From Utricularia gibba (lineage: Eukaryota > Plantae > Magnoliophyta): DNA of 64,000 bases. The DNA lies in contig NEEC01000007.1 of NCBI GenBank assembly GCA_002189035.1, positions 1-64,000 of the forward strand. Direction: 5' to 3'. The stretch's first letter is position 1. Every line of letters starts with the position of its first letter. Of the stretch, positions 13,661 through 24,760 are shown one piece after another. A program made the position numbers and the translations under genes. The notes under the pieces are model-generated. The model saw only the letters and a list, made by a program, of their open reading frames with translations. It searched no databases and was not told where the DNA came from.

Positions 13661-14221
13661 TCACGTATAGGTTGTTGAAGTTTATGTTGTTGGCTTGTTG
13701 TTCCAACCCAACCAATGTGGCAACTTTTATAAACGAGATGCTCTTTTTTTAACGCAAGGGGCACCCTTTTCATCCCATAGAAGGGTAAAGGGATTCGGCT
13801 CATTTTTACATCTGATAAAACTATAGCAGAAACACTACCAAATTCTCTCAATCCATACAACTTGGCTGATCAATAATGCTGTTCGGTTTTGAAAGCAGTT
13901 GCCAAGCAATTAAAATTTGTTTTACCTCCTCACATCGAACAAAATCTGTTGTGGATACTTGCATATTTTCCGTGTGTGGTTTATTTTTGCATGAAATTAG
14001 CTGCTGTGTTTCATGTCAAACAAGATAGTTTAATGAGTCAAATGAACTCCAGACATGTTTAATTAATTACAATATAAGAAGACTACATTATGTGCAATGG
14101 ATGGCATCTATCCTCTTTACCCTATCCCCTCAAACTTCTGATTCAGGGATTGGGCGTTGCACATAATTTGAGTGCGGTCCGATCATAGCATGTTATCTTC
14201 AGAAGACCAATGAATGGAAGC

Positions 14222-14227
14222 CACGTG
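14222..14227 (+). promoter_or_regulatory. G-box (CACGTG) about 85 bp upstream of the PSAG start codon
   Basis: GCCACGTG is seen directly. G-boxes are typical of light-regulated photosynthesis gene promoters; function here is inferred. Confidence 0.5.
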
Positions 14228-14311
14228 AGCACCCAAAATCTACTTTCGATTTGAGAAAGAATTATAACCTCATCGTCTCAGAGTCCCTCCACACCGATCG
14301 AATCCTCAACA

Positions 14312-14749
14312 ATGGCGTCCGCACTCTTCTCCGCTCCCACGTTCTACGGTCTCCGCCCCGCCACACGCACCCGAAATCCCTCCTCGTTCTCCTCCATTTC
14401 CCTGAAAAAGCAGCAGCAGCAGCGGGGGTCAATGATCGTGAAGGCGGAGCTGAATCCTTCGATCGTGATCAGTCTGAGCACTGGACTGTCCCTCTTCCTC
14501 GGGCGCTTTGTCTTCTACAATTTCCAGCGGGAGAACGTAGCGAAACAAGGGTTGCCGGAACAGAACGGCGTCTCACACTTTGAGGCTGGTGATGTACGGG
14601 CCAAGGAATACGTTAGTCTCCTCAAATCCAACGATCCTGTCGGCTTTAACATCGTCGATGTACTTGCCTGGGGATCCATTGGCCATATCGTTGCCTATTA
14701 TATTCTCGCCACTTCCAGCAACGGTTATGATCCCAGCTTCTTTGGCTGA
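14312..14749 (+). CDS. PSAG: Photosystem I reaction centre subunit V (PSI-G), chloroplast precursor; single exon
   Basis: Transit peptide followed by [34 protein letters not shown]...[34 protein letters not shown], the PsaG signature. Confidence 0.97.
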   Translation: MASALFSAPTFYGLRPATRTRNPSSFSSISLKKQQQQRGSMIVKAELNPSIVISLSTGLSLFLGRFVFYNFQRENVAKQGLPEQNGVSHFEAGDVRAKEYVSLLKSNDPVGFNIVDVLAWGSIGHIVAYYILATSSNGYDPSFFG

Positions 14750-15489
14750 ACCAACTCAAAAACAATTGTTTTTATATATGCATTGCCTTGACTAGCCTTG
14801 CACCAACTCTCGCTCTCTTTTTTCTTGTGGTATTTGTAATTATATTCTGTGTTTCTTTTTTTGGGTTATGATAATTAATAAGCACTAGAAACGCAATAGT
14901 GTGGAGTTGGAACTGATTATTCCTTTGAAATGTGCGTAAATGTGATTAAATTGGGATACGTCGTCTGTAGCCAAGCCTCCTCGAGCCATCAAACTTGTCT
15001 TCACCCTCCTCAAAGATACACCTCCTAGTCTATTTAGAGATACACTAGCACCTGCCCATCTAATGTAATTGGGGCCGTATTACCATTTTTTAAAAAAAGT
15101 TAAAGTTGGTCATTTTGTTCAAAATTACGCATTCGGATTAATCGTCCATAATCTCGAATCAACCGGTTTGTGTCCAAAACTCCAAATGCAGTTAAAAGTT
15201 TTAAGACTCTTAGTTCGTGGCTCGACACTTACGCATAAATTATGAAATATGAGGCAAATCTAATTTCTTACGGTTAAACAATAATCTATGCAAATAAACT
15301 GAATACTCAGAAAATTATGGTGAAATATCATTAAATATTTTACAATTAGATTATGAAAACCCTAAATTTAATGTGTCAATGTAATACAATCTATCTTTCC
15401 TTCCCCTTACGTTTTCTGCGGGCGCCTCGGCGACCTCGGCAGTAAAGTTGCATGATCTATTCTTTCGATTTTCCAAGGCATCCCTTTCC

Positions 15490-16429
15490 TCAGAACTGGC
15501 CGCCTTCAAAGGTCTGGCCAAATTGCCAACCAGGGGCGCAGCATCGTAGCTAGTGATGGTGCGGCCGTCACTGGTAGTCACCCGAAACGACAGGGATTGA
15601 CCGTTAAGGTAGGAGTTGCTCTGCCAGTTTTGTCCCCAATTTCTTGACAGGGGTTGCCACCCAGTTCTCGATCCTTTGATGGAAACGGAGTGGACATCCC
15701 CAGCGCCAGCCACGTTGGTGACCAGGACCAAATTGAAGTATGAGTGGCCATTTATCATGAACCTTATTCCACCCTTCTTCTGGCAGGGCACCCTGCGAAA
15801 TTGCAGCAGTAGTATTCTAGTTATGAAATATGACTAAGGGGCTAGTGATAATAATACCAACAAATTGTAGATGAACGATGAGTTCACCTTCGGTAAGAAA
15901 CGGGAACAATTCCTGCCCGGTACTGAGCGATTTGCAAGTATGCTGGCTCAGCGAGGTCGAAGTGTTGACGTGGAGGATTGCACCAACCGCCATTGTCGTT
16001 GGGGAGGGAGGGGTTTGGCGGGCAGAAATTTGTGGCAGTGATTGTGATGCTTCCAGGTAGACACCACCTTGGTTCGTCTGAGCACGTTAGCTGGTAGCAG
16101 GCTCCGCATGTAAGACCGTTGTTAAACAAGGCAGTACTCAGGGCTGCTGTGTTGGTACCATAGCCTTGGCTGTACAGGTTGCCGTAGCCGCATGCTCCAC
16201 CTGCACTCACACCGAGTCAGCCAAGGAACAAACCCCGAAAAGCAAAAAATAATCCAACTAAGCCGCGATAAGAACATAGTCACACACCCATTGTGCCGGC
16301 GGCGTCTCCGCCACCATAGAAAGTAGCATGAGCACTATCCCATCCTCCATTTTCACCAAATACACCCAAAAAGGAGAAACCCCATGTCAAGATCAGTAAC
16401 ACCTCCAAAGGATTGAAATGAGAAGCCAT
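15490..16429 (-). CDS. EXPA: Alpha-expansin; 3 exons, with an apparent 1-bp frameshift in the last exon at ~15533-15536
   Basis: Exon 1 has a signal peptide plus [19 protein letters not shown]. Exon 2 has [14 protein letters not shown]...TATNFCPPN...HFDL, and exon 3 has [19 protein letters not shown]...[10 protein letters not shown]. The canonical end [12 protein letters not shown] lies in a shifted frame ending at 15490. Confidence 0.93.
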
Positions 16430-17617
16430 CCGAGCTGAAAAAATGTTGTGAGAAGGATAGCGCTAAAGACCCGCCAATTTATAGAGGGAGGGAGAGATAC
16501 GATTGTTAGTAGCTGCATAAGCGAGTTAGGGAACCACGAGACAGGCTTACGACAACTAGCAGATGTAGTTGCTTAATTTCGACCCTACATGCACATGCAG
16601 TTTCTCTTGCTGATTTTCAACAAACTTTTCCTCAATCCTCATCATCACAATCCTCTTGTTGATGAATACAATTTGCATCCAACACATGATTGGTCGAATC
16701 GTTTATGAGCAGAGCTGGTAAATGAAAAATTGAAACGAAAGAGCTTAACTTAAATTTAATTTCTTACAAATAGTGGGTTGAAACTTCGTGACTCATAATT
16801 AAGTCTGGCTGAAACATCAAGTGGAGCGAAGTTGAGGAAACCATAGCTCGTGTTAGTGAAGATGCAAGCCTACACAAAAGATGCTTTCTCTAGATAACTC
16901 ATCCACTTCCCATTTACTAAAAATGTAGGGTAACATACTTGTCTAGGATCGAAGGGGCTAAAGTGAAGCCAGCACCAACTCCAATTTTTTAACTACCAGA
17001 AACAAAGGAGTCAGTCAGAATTCTTCATGAAAATTCTTGGATTTGTTTAATATGTAGGGTGCAGCAAGTCTTGCGGTGTTACGGTTATCATCATGTTTGG
17101 TTCGGTAAGGTACGGCACACCCCAAGTTGATGGATCGTCATGAATATGTAGAGGTTGAGAGTTCATTCAACGCACCTAACTTGATGAACCATGGCTCCTG
17201 AACAAAGAAACACTCAACTTGATTTCCTCATGTGTACAAGAATCAAGCCAACCTCAAGTTTCAAGGGGAAACATAGACGTTAGAAGCTACCTCATATCAC
17301 CAGGATGAACAGGTGAATGCGAAAGTTACGTTTGTCATGTATGAGCTGAACACATCATTATACAAAAATAATCATAATCTGTTAATCTCAAATAAAGCAC
17401 GTTCATGGTCGGTTTTTTGATTAATTTGAAGATGACATGTTTGAAAAAGGTATAAAACGAATTAGGTGGGATGGATCTTTCAGGCGGAAGAAATATATTA
17501 AAGTTGGACCTACCCCACCATGTTCCCAGCACATGCACGAACTATTCTCGTCATATTTGTATCAACGTCATACATATAAATATGTGTGAGGGCAAGCCAA
17601 TTGGTTGCTAGGAACCC

Positions 17618-17641
17618 AAAAAAAAAAAAAAAAAAAAAAAA
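17618..17641. repeat. Poly(A)24 tract, intergenic
   Basis: Seen directly. Confidence 0.9.
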
Positions 17642-18515
17642 CAGATACGTGTCTGGCATTAAAAAAATGGAAGTAATATGAAGCTTTTTATATGATTTAA
17701 ATGGAAGTAATGAGATATACTTAGGTTCAACCGTGTAAGTAATGAGATATGAAAAAGCATCGTTAGTTTTGTTGGCTTATTCATCCACTCTAATCAAAAT
17801 CTCACCCAAGGGTTTTTCACCTTCAACCTATACGACCCCGAGGGGCATGACCATTGGGGTAAGCCAAAGTCACCAAATCACACATATCTTCTATTTGCTG
17901 CTTCACCTATATTTAGGGCATGGAATAGTTGCCCATGTCCAATGCAGCATCAATATCCAACTTAACACAAACCAGCTCTACCTGTCTATTGATATATATA
18001 TTTTTTTCGTAAACCATCTCCAGCACATCATAGCTGGATCAAAATCAAATTTCATGAATTGTGATCACAACCAGAATAAGACATATACCTATCTACCAGC
18101 AAACATTGGTTTTAAAAATAGTCGCATGCTATTGAAGTGGAGAGATGTGACACATACTCCGTGCAAGAGGGATTAGAGATACACTCAAGGGGACCGAGTT
18201 CTCTCCACTTGTATTGCTGGACCGAGAGCAGTTGCAACAGGGATTAGAGAGGAAGAAACTTGATGCGCCGGACTACTGAAGAATCACAACCAACTTAATT
18301 CAAATTTTCCTGGAAATTCACTTCTCTATCCCCAAAAAGTACAAATGCAAGGGATTTCCGAGAATCCATGAAGACTACAGCAGCAGCATACATCTCGATC
18401 ACAATTAAAAAAATGTAGAAATATTCCAGCTTTGCAAGTTTTGCAAATTAGATAATATGTACAGAGCACAGGCAGGAATGGGATCACAGTAACATGTAGA
18501 GGCTTCATAATCCCA

Positions 18516-19137
18516 TTATCTGAGGAGCCACGAGTCTTTGAAGTGCTGCTTATAACTATTACGGAAATTGTTGATCCTTATCAAGCAGAAATGGACGCAG
18601 AAATCCAGTCCTTGGCCCCCAGAGGCTTTGTCTGTTTTCAACAGGTAACAAGCCGGACCCGAACCCGGTTCCTTCCCCTGCACCACGATCCCCCAACAAT
18701 CGCAATTACCATTATCAGCCTCGGGTTCCCCTTCCAATTCGCTGACAAAAATCATACCGTCCGGCGACTTCAATTCATCGCTAGCCCACTGGCTCCTCAT
18801 GTCCGCCCATTCCGACTCGATTGCTTTGTCGATTCGGATCCTCCTCTTTTGCCCCCTGTCCTCAATTTGTACCAGCAGAGGCGCCTTCCCCAGGTTCTTC
18901 ACGATGTCCGCCACCGACTCCGCCATCCATGAATCTGTTTTCTTCAGATAAACTCCCTGTGGATCAGAGAAAGAGAGCGCTGAATTCGACGCATGTGATT
19001 GCACTCGGATTCTTGACGCCCCCCTCCTCTATATCTCGTCAATGGGGCGGGGAACTAGTACTAGGAATGTGTATGGGATAGGGCAACTTCCGATCGGGTT
19101 TTAGTAACGTTCGAGGATGAAGTCCCATGGACGCCAT
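18516..19137 (-). CDS. Uncharacterised conserved plant protein, probably plastid-targeted (resembles the At5g05220-type family); N-terminus needs frame correction
   Basis: Core DSWMAESVADIVKNLGKAPLLVQ...WGIVVQGK...GPACYLLKT...CVHFCLIRINNFR is a conserved plant motif set recalled from memory. An upstream ATG at 19137 gives MASMGLHPRTLLK..., which joins the core only after frame correction. Confidence 0.6.
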
Positions 19138-19423
19138 CTCCAGAACAAAATTTCTCTATCGATATCCGATCGGGACTCTGCAAAATATTTATGTGCACCA
19201 AAGAATCCTAACAGTGTTGGCGTTTACGCGATTCAAATCAACGAAAGATGTAGATTTAGGCGACTATTAAATTTCAAAAGACACGGTTGGCTTGGCGCGC
19301 GCCAGCGTGTGTTGGCTCCATGCAGCGCTTGCGGCGGCGTGTGCCTGTCTCGCGGTCCGCTCGTGGATGACTCTGTTGACTGGATTAGGCCCTTTAACTG
19401 GACTGCAGTGCAGTCATGACCAA

Positions 19424-19820
19424 TGGGCCGGGCCGACTTCACTCTTGCTTTGGTTTTGTACCACCCTTGTGTCGGCAAGAATGTTCAAAAAAAAAAGTGG
19501 CTTCTGAGATTCGAGTCTGGTCTCCACGGCCAGAAGGTGGTTATGAAGCTCCTTCAGCCAGAGGTTCGATTGGGCCCCGACCAGGCCCAGCCCCTTTAAC
19601 ACTGCTGAAGTGCTGATGTTTTCTTTCCCATCGGTCGCATTTCCTTCCATTCTTCGTTCATGTTGTTTCTCCTGCAAAATTATGAATGACTTCAGGGTTC
19701 GGACTTATCCGCTCTCTTTTGCATAAGTGGAGTGTAATGGAATGGAACGGAGCACCGACTCGTTGTCCTCGCTGGCACAGTCGTACCACGAAGACGATGT
19801 AGAGCGTCGGGCTAGGGTTT
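19424..19820. promoter_or_regulatory. Site II elements (TGGGCC/GGCCCA) and a telo-box (TAGGGTTT) in the divergent promoter between the 19137(-) gene and mTERF4
   Basis: TGGGCC at 19424 and 19571, GGCCCA at 19584 and TAGGGTTT at 19813-19820. This combination is established in housekeeping and organelle gene promoters. Confidence 0.5.
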
Positions 19821-19837
19821 GATAGAAGCTGTGTGCA

Positions 19838-21316
19838 ATGAATTTTGTGTTTTCGAGGGGAACCCAAAAATTTTCATCTTTTCTAAGCCAAGGGGTTCTC
19901 TTCTCATTGCTTGAGTCTCTTCGAGTCCCCAAACTCCAGTTCTTTCATAGCCCCTATTCCACTACATCATCGAAATTTCCTGAATATGAAATGCCTTCTG
20001 TTACATGGGGCGTCATCCATGGCCGTAAGGAGAAACTCGTTTCCAGGGTCATAATTTGCGACTATCTGAAATCCATCGGCGTAATCCCTAATGAACTGGA
20101 GGACCTAGAGTTGCCCTCCACAGTTGAGGTAATGCGTGAGCGAGTTGAGTTTCTTCAGAAGATGGGTCTAACCATAGATGATATCAATGAGTATCCGTTG
20201 ATGTTGGGTTGTAGCGTTCGAAAGAACGTGATTCCAGTTTTGGGTTATTTGGAGAAAATCGGGATTCCAAGGTCCAGAATGGGGAGTTCGTTAAGAATTA
20301 TCCGCAATGTTTACATGCTAGCGTGGTCGTAGAGCTTGCGCCAGTTGTGAGGTTTTTGAGGGGTCTTGATGTTGAGAAACAAGATATGGGGTACGTGCTG
20401 ATGAAGTATCCCGAGTTGTTGGGATTTAAGCTTGAAGGAACCATGAGTACCTCAGTTGCGTACTTGGTTAGCATAGGCGTGAACCCGAGGGACGTTGGCC
20501 CAATGGTAACCCAGTATCCTTACTTCTTGGGAATGAGAGTTGGTACGATGATCAAGCCCTTGGTAGATTACTTAGTTTCTCTAGGCTTGCCCAAGAAGAT
20601 TTTAGCCAGGATTTTCGAGAAAAGAGCCTACATTCTTGGCTATAATCTTGAAGAGACCGTGAAACCAAATGTGGAATGCTTATTAGGTTTTGGAATCATG
20701 AAGGAAACACTTGCGTCAATTATTGCACAGTACCCACAGATCATCGGGTTGCCATTGAAGGCCAAACTGTCTTCACAGCAATACATGTTCAACTTGAAAC
20801 TCAAGGTCGACCCTGATGGATTCGCTCGGGCTATTGAGAAGATGCCACAAATTGTTAACCTCAACCAAAACGTTATTGTGAAACCAGTGAACTTCTTTCT
20901 TGAACGGGGTATAGGGGCAGATGAAGTTGCAAGGATGATTGTTAAATGTCCCCAGCTATTAGCACTGCAAGTTGGGCTGCTGAAAAATAGTTACTACTAC
21001 TTCAAGAGTGAAATTGGCCGGCCTATCGATGAGCTCGTGGAATTCCCAGAATACTTCACATATAGCTTGGAGTCCCGGATCAAACCAAGATTCCAGAGGA
21101 TACAGAGCAAGGGATTAGGTGTTCTTTAGCCTGGCTTCTGAATTGCAGTGATGAGAGATTTGAAGAAAGATTGCAAGGGAAGTTGATAGAATCAGAGAGT
21201 TGCGGCCCTCGTTTTGTATGGGTGGGAAGATGGAGCTCCCAGGCTGCGACGCTTTGTCTGATGAGGAAGATGAAAGCGATGATGAAATCTTTTATAGGCG
21301 AACGGTTTCCTTGTAA
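19838..21316 (+). CDS. mTERF4: Mitochondrial transcription termination factor family protein mTERF4 (BSM/RUG2); single exon, three apparent 1-bp frameshifts
   Basis: KFPEYEMPSVTWG, LELPSTVEVMRERVEFLQKMGLTIDDINEYPLMLGCSVRKN, LMKYPELLGFKLEGTMSTSVAYLV and YFTYSLESRIKPR. In shifted frames: GIRCSLAWLLNCSDERFEERLQG and MGGKMELPG...SDEEDESDDEIFYRRTVSL*, matching the remembered Arabidopsis mTERF4 C-terminus. Confidence 0.92.
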
Positions 21317-21496
21317 TATTGTTCTTTTCTTGTCAAGAATGCAACCTGGTTCCAGTTCTGAGTTGCGTGAAAGAGAGAACTGCAACTGATCCCCTCATTT
21401 CTTTCCCGGTACCACGCAAAACAGTGCGCGCTATGGCGCACATAAGGCGAAAAAAAAAAAAAAAACCAGCCAAATACAGCAGAGAAGAGGTTGCAC

Positions 21497-21887
21497 CTAC
21501 GGATCTTGTTTAAGAGCTTGGAAAACCAATGAACTAGTGGAAAAAATCTTGGCTCTTCTGCAATAGTCCATTGGCTCTGTGCCGTCATCTTCCCTGATAT
21601 TGCCTCGTCTTCCAAGCATTCAAGCAACTCAGCAACCCTGCAGTCTCTTTGCATTTCTCAGTGGACTTCCTCAGACCTTTCACCTCGTCCTCCTCAGTAA
21701 TCAAATTTTTATCCTTCAACCTCCTCACCATTTCTGGGTCTACTCGTGTGGCGCACCTCAACCTGTGGGATGTCTTCTGGTGTTTTTCTTTAGCTGTTTT
21801 CACAAAAAAGTTCCTTTTCTCAATCGAGAAGGTTAATTGGGGTGTAACATGGCGTATTCCCCTTGTTTGATAAACCTGCATCTCCAT
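21497..21887 (-). CDS. CRR9-like (At4g21445-type) chloroplast stromal protein, an NDH subcomplex A assembly factor; single exon, two apparent 1-bp frameshifts
   Basis: Joining three frames gives MEMQVYQ...RLRCATRVDPEMVRRLK...GVAELLECLEDEAISGEDDGTEPMDYCRRAKIFSTSSLVFQALKQDP*. This matches the remembered family motif EAIMG(E/D)DxGxxPxDYNRRAQIFDKSSxVFxxLK. The CRR9 name for this family is from memory and is unverified. Confidence 0.7.
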
Positions 21888-22549
21888 TGCCGGCTTCTTT
21901 TCTTGAAGGCAAGTTGATCAACGACGACGTGCCAAAGGCATTCATTATAAAAAAAAAGAAGGATGTCTGTTGCTTGGTTCCGACTTCTGACTGGAGGAGG
22001 TGCCAAAGTGCCGCGTGCCGTACATCCCTTGCCACGCGTCACCATGCCTGACCACGTCAAGCCTCATCGTGGTGTAAGGTATGGGCGGTTCATGACAGAA
22101 ACAGGAAATCTATTTAGGCAGATGATACGTGCGGAAATACATGCATGTGCATCTCCATGCGCCAACACCAGAGTATGGTTGTCAAATTTCTGAATTTACG
22201 CTTACCACAACCCCATCCCTGTATTCACCATCCAGTTTTCTAATTGAAACAACGGGCATTCCTCTAGTCCTAGACGAACAAAAACATACGAGGATTCTTA
22301 CAAACCTGTATCCACTTCCAGATTCAACAAATGTGTAACGGAAAATCCTCTGCACAAACAACAAGCAAATACCGGATACGGCGGATGAACCACGCGAAGC
22401 AGCAAATTCCCTACACAAACCACTAGCAAACATTACACCTCTTGAGCGTACTATTAGTACAGTATCTATGATACGATAGGGCCATATCCAAGTCCATGTC
22501 CATGCCCTTGGTTGTTATTTACAAAGTCGGCGGCATTCTGCCTCGAGTA

Positions 22550-24760
22550 TCAACTTTTGAAGACTTGGCTAACAGATGAATACCCCATCAGATGATGAAG
22601 TGGAGAATTCGAAGAGGTTGCTGCCTCTTTACTCTCTGTCGTTTTTTTCGTCCTGGTGACCTTTTCATAAGAACAAGAACAAACCATATTCGGTTGTTCC
22701 GTCACACTGTCTTTCTTGTTCCGAGGCTTGTTACGGAGTCGTTTCTTCTCCCCATCATCAGTGCCTTCACTTGAAACGCCTGATGCTATTTCTTTAATGT
22801 GGGAGTTTTTTCGTCCTCTTGAGCATCTTCTGGGGGTGAAAGTTCACCAGTCTTTCCAGAAGACTGAAGCTGTACATTGTGGCAGGAACTCAAACAAAGA
22901 CTTTTATGGCTTCCAGCACCATCAGACTCACAGGGAGAGGCAGCAGGCTCAGGGAAATGTGGTCCTAAATGCACACCTTTGTGGAGCGAAAGCCTCATAA
23001 TTTTTTTGCATACACCGCACATTAACTTAAGGCATCTTTTTCTGGAGATGAACAATTCGGAAGGAATCTCTAACAGCTTCCAGCAGTAATGACAAGCAAT
23101 AAACGGGGCTCCACCGGCTGCTGGCAGGATATGTTTCCTCATATTTTTGAGTTTCATTTCTATGGCAGGGTTCTCCTCATGTTTCCATTCTGAGATGTTT
23201 TTTCTAGTGCGATGCTGCTGACTCGCCGAAGAATAGATATCGCAGCACTTGTGCTCGAAATGGTGACTATTCTTATGATGCAAAGGCAACTGTGCCGAGG
23301 AGTTGAAGTTCCGGGGACAACAATGCGAACATGAACAGCCTTGGTTTCCATATCGTGCATTTCCCTTTGGAAGGCATCCATTGATAAACGGTGGCGTTCC
23401 GGATAATCTGAGAAATTTGCGTCTTGAACCGCAAAACCTGCATTTAATTGGGGTTTGGAAAAGCGCATCTTGTCGAGATGATCCGTCAACTCCCAAACAG
23501 TTCTCAGAAGGTCCAGTTTATCTGATTTCAAGCCTTTTTGCTTTTCTGATGAGTTGAAAACATGAAGATTGCTGTTAGTAGATAGCGCATCTCCCGAAGC
23601 AAACTGCGACACGGTAATATTCCTCAGTTTTTCTGGTTCAACTGTACACCTCTTCATGTCACTATATCTTTCAGGGATCCAGCTTTTCATTGGATCATCT
23701 CCTGGTGGTACCCTCCCGCTCACATAACCTTTTACCTTGAATCCAGCCTCGCTCAACCCTTCCCCACTGCTCATGTGATCAAGATGCTTAGCTTTCCTTG
23801 ATGGACGAGAAAACTTATTGACTTGGCGATCATCTATCCCATCAAAGGAAGACTCACTACCATCATAAGCATAATAGCTGCTTGATGCTGGATACGTGGA
23901 GAGGGGCTTGGATTTCATATCAATCTCTGAGCTGAAGTCCGTAACAGGAGAACTTGCACATGTTTCCAACAACCCATTTCTTCTGAGACTAGGGGCCTCA
24001 AAATCTGGATATTCTTGATCAGGAGATGTGAGATACAAGGATACATGGCTGTCACTCAAGGGGCTATCAGAAGGAACCAGGGGATCGCTTGTACTCGCAC
24101 AATCCATGATGGGCGCCGTGATCAAATCTTTAGATTGACTCTGATTTGTTTCCCGATTTCCATATAAAATTAAGGAACTCTCCTGTTTTTCAGTCCCTAC
24201 GAGATTCTTGACTTGACACACTCCTTGAAAATGCCCATCACCCTTTTCCTGATCTTCGACATTGTCCTCAATCAGTTTGTTCTTGCCTTTGCGTTTCGAA
24301 GCATCGACATCTAAAGCAAACGTATGCTGCTTCTTTGAGCAAGCAATATCAGGTGAAGTGAGCATTTCTTCAGACATGCTGGTCTCTTCAGAGTTACCTA
24401 ACTGGTCTTTATCCAGTGAGCTTCTGGCTTCCTTCACCTCTAAAACACTTGCCTGCACACTTGTATTAACTAAATCCGGTTCTACGTCAACGCAGCGGGT
24501 CCTTCGACTTTTCGCTGCTTGATGATGAAGCATACAATCAGAATTAATGTAAACGAATGGGAATTAGACGAGAGCAATGGTCCATGACATGAGACAGAAG
24601 GCGGGATTCGCGTATTTATCATAATATACGTACCTTGGATAATAGTGTCGCATCTTCCACATCGATACAGAGGGTAGTCCGGAGACTCTGGTAGAGTTTC
24701 TCGGCATCGAGGACACCTAACGAATCGTATTTTACTACCAGTCGTTTGCCCCCCTTCCAT
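22550..24760 (-). CDS. ENHANCED DISEASE RESISTANCE 4-like zinc-ribbon protein; 2 exons, two apparent 1-bp frameshifts
   Basis: N-terminal KIRFVRCPRC...YRCGRC zinc ribbon, central CSCSHCCP and PAAGGAPFIACHYCWKLL...KLMCGVC zinc ribbon. The family-typical C-terminal SPLHHLMGYSS lies in a third frame ending TGA at 22550. Intron at ~24633-24516. Confidence 0.85.

Noticed and set aside
16700-18200. Possible decayed TE in the expansin upstream region, including a minus-strand VKLDIDAA patch (~17915-17960) resembling a non-LTR RNase H motif and an A24 tract
   Set aside because: The motif is only about 8 aa, the poly(A) is on the wrong strand for that element, and there are no TSDs, LTRs or TIRs. It needs a RepeatMasker or HMM search.
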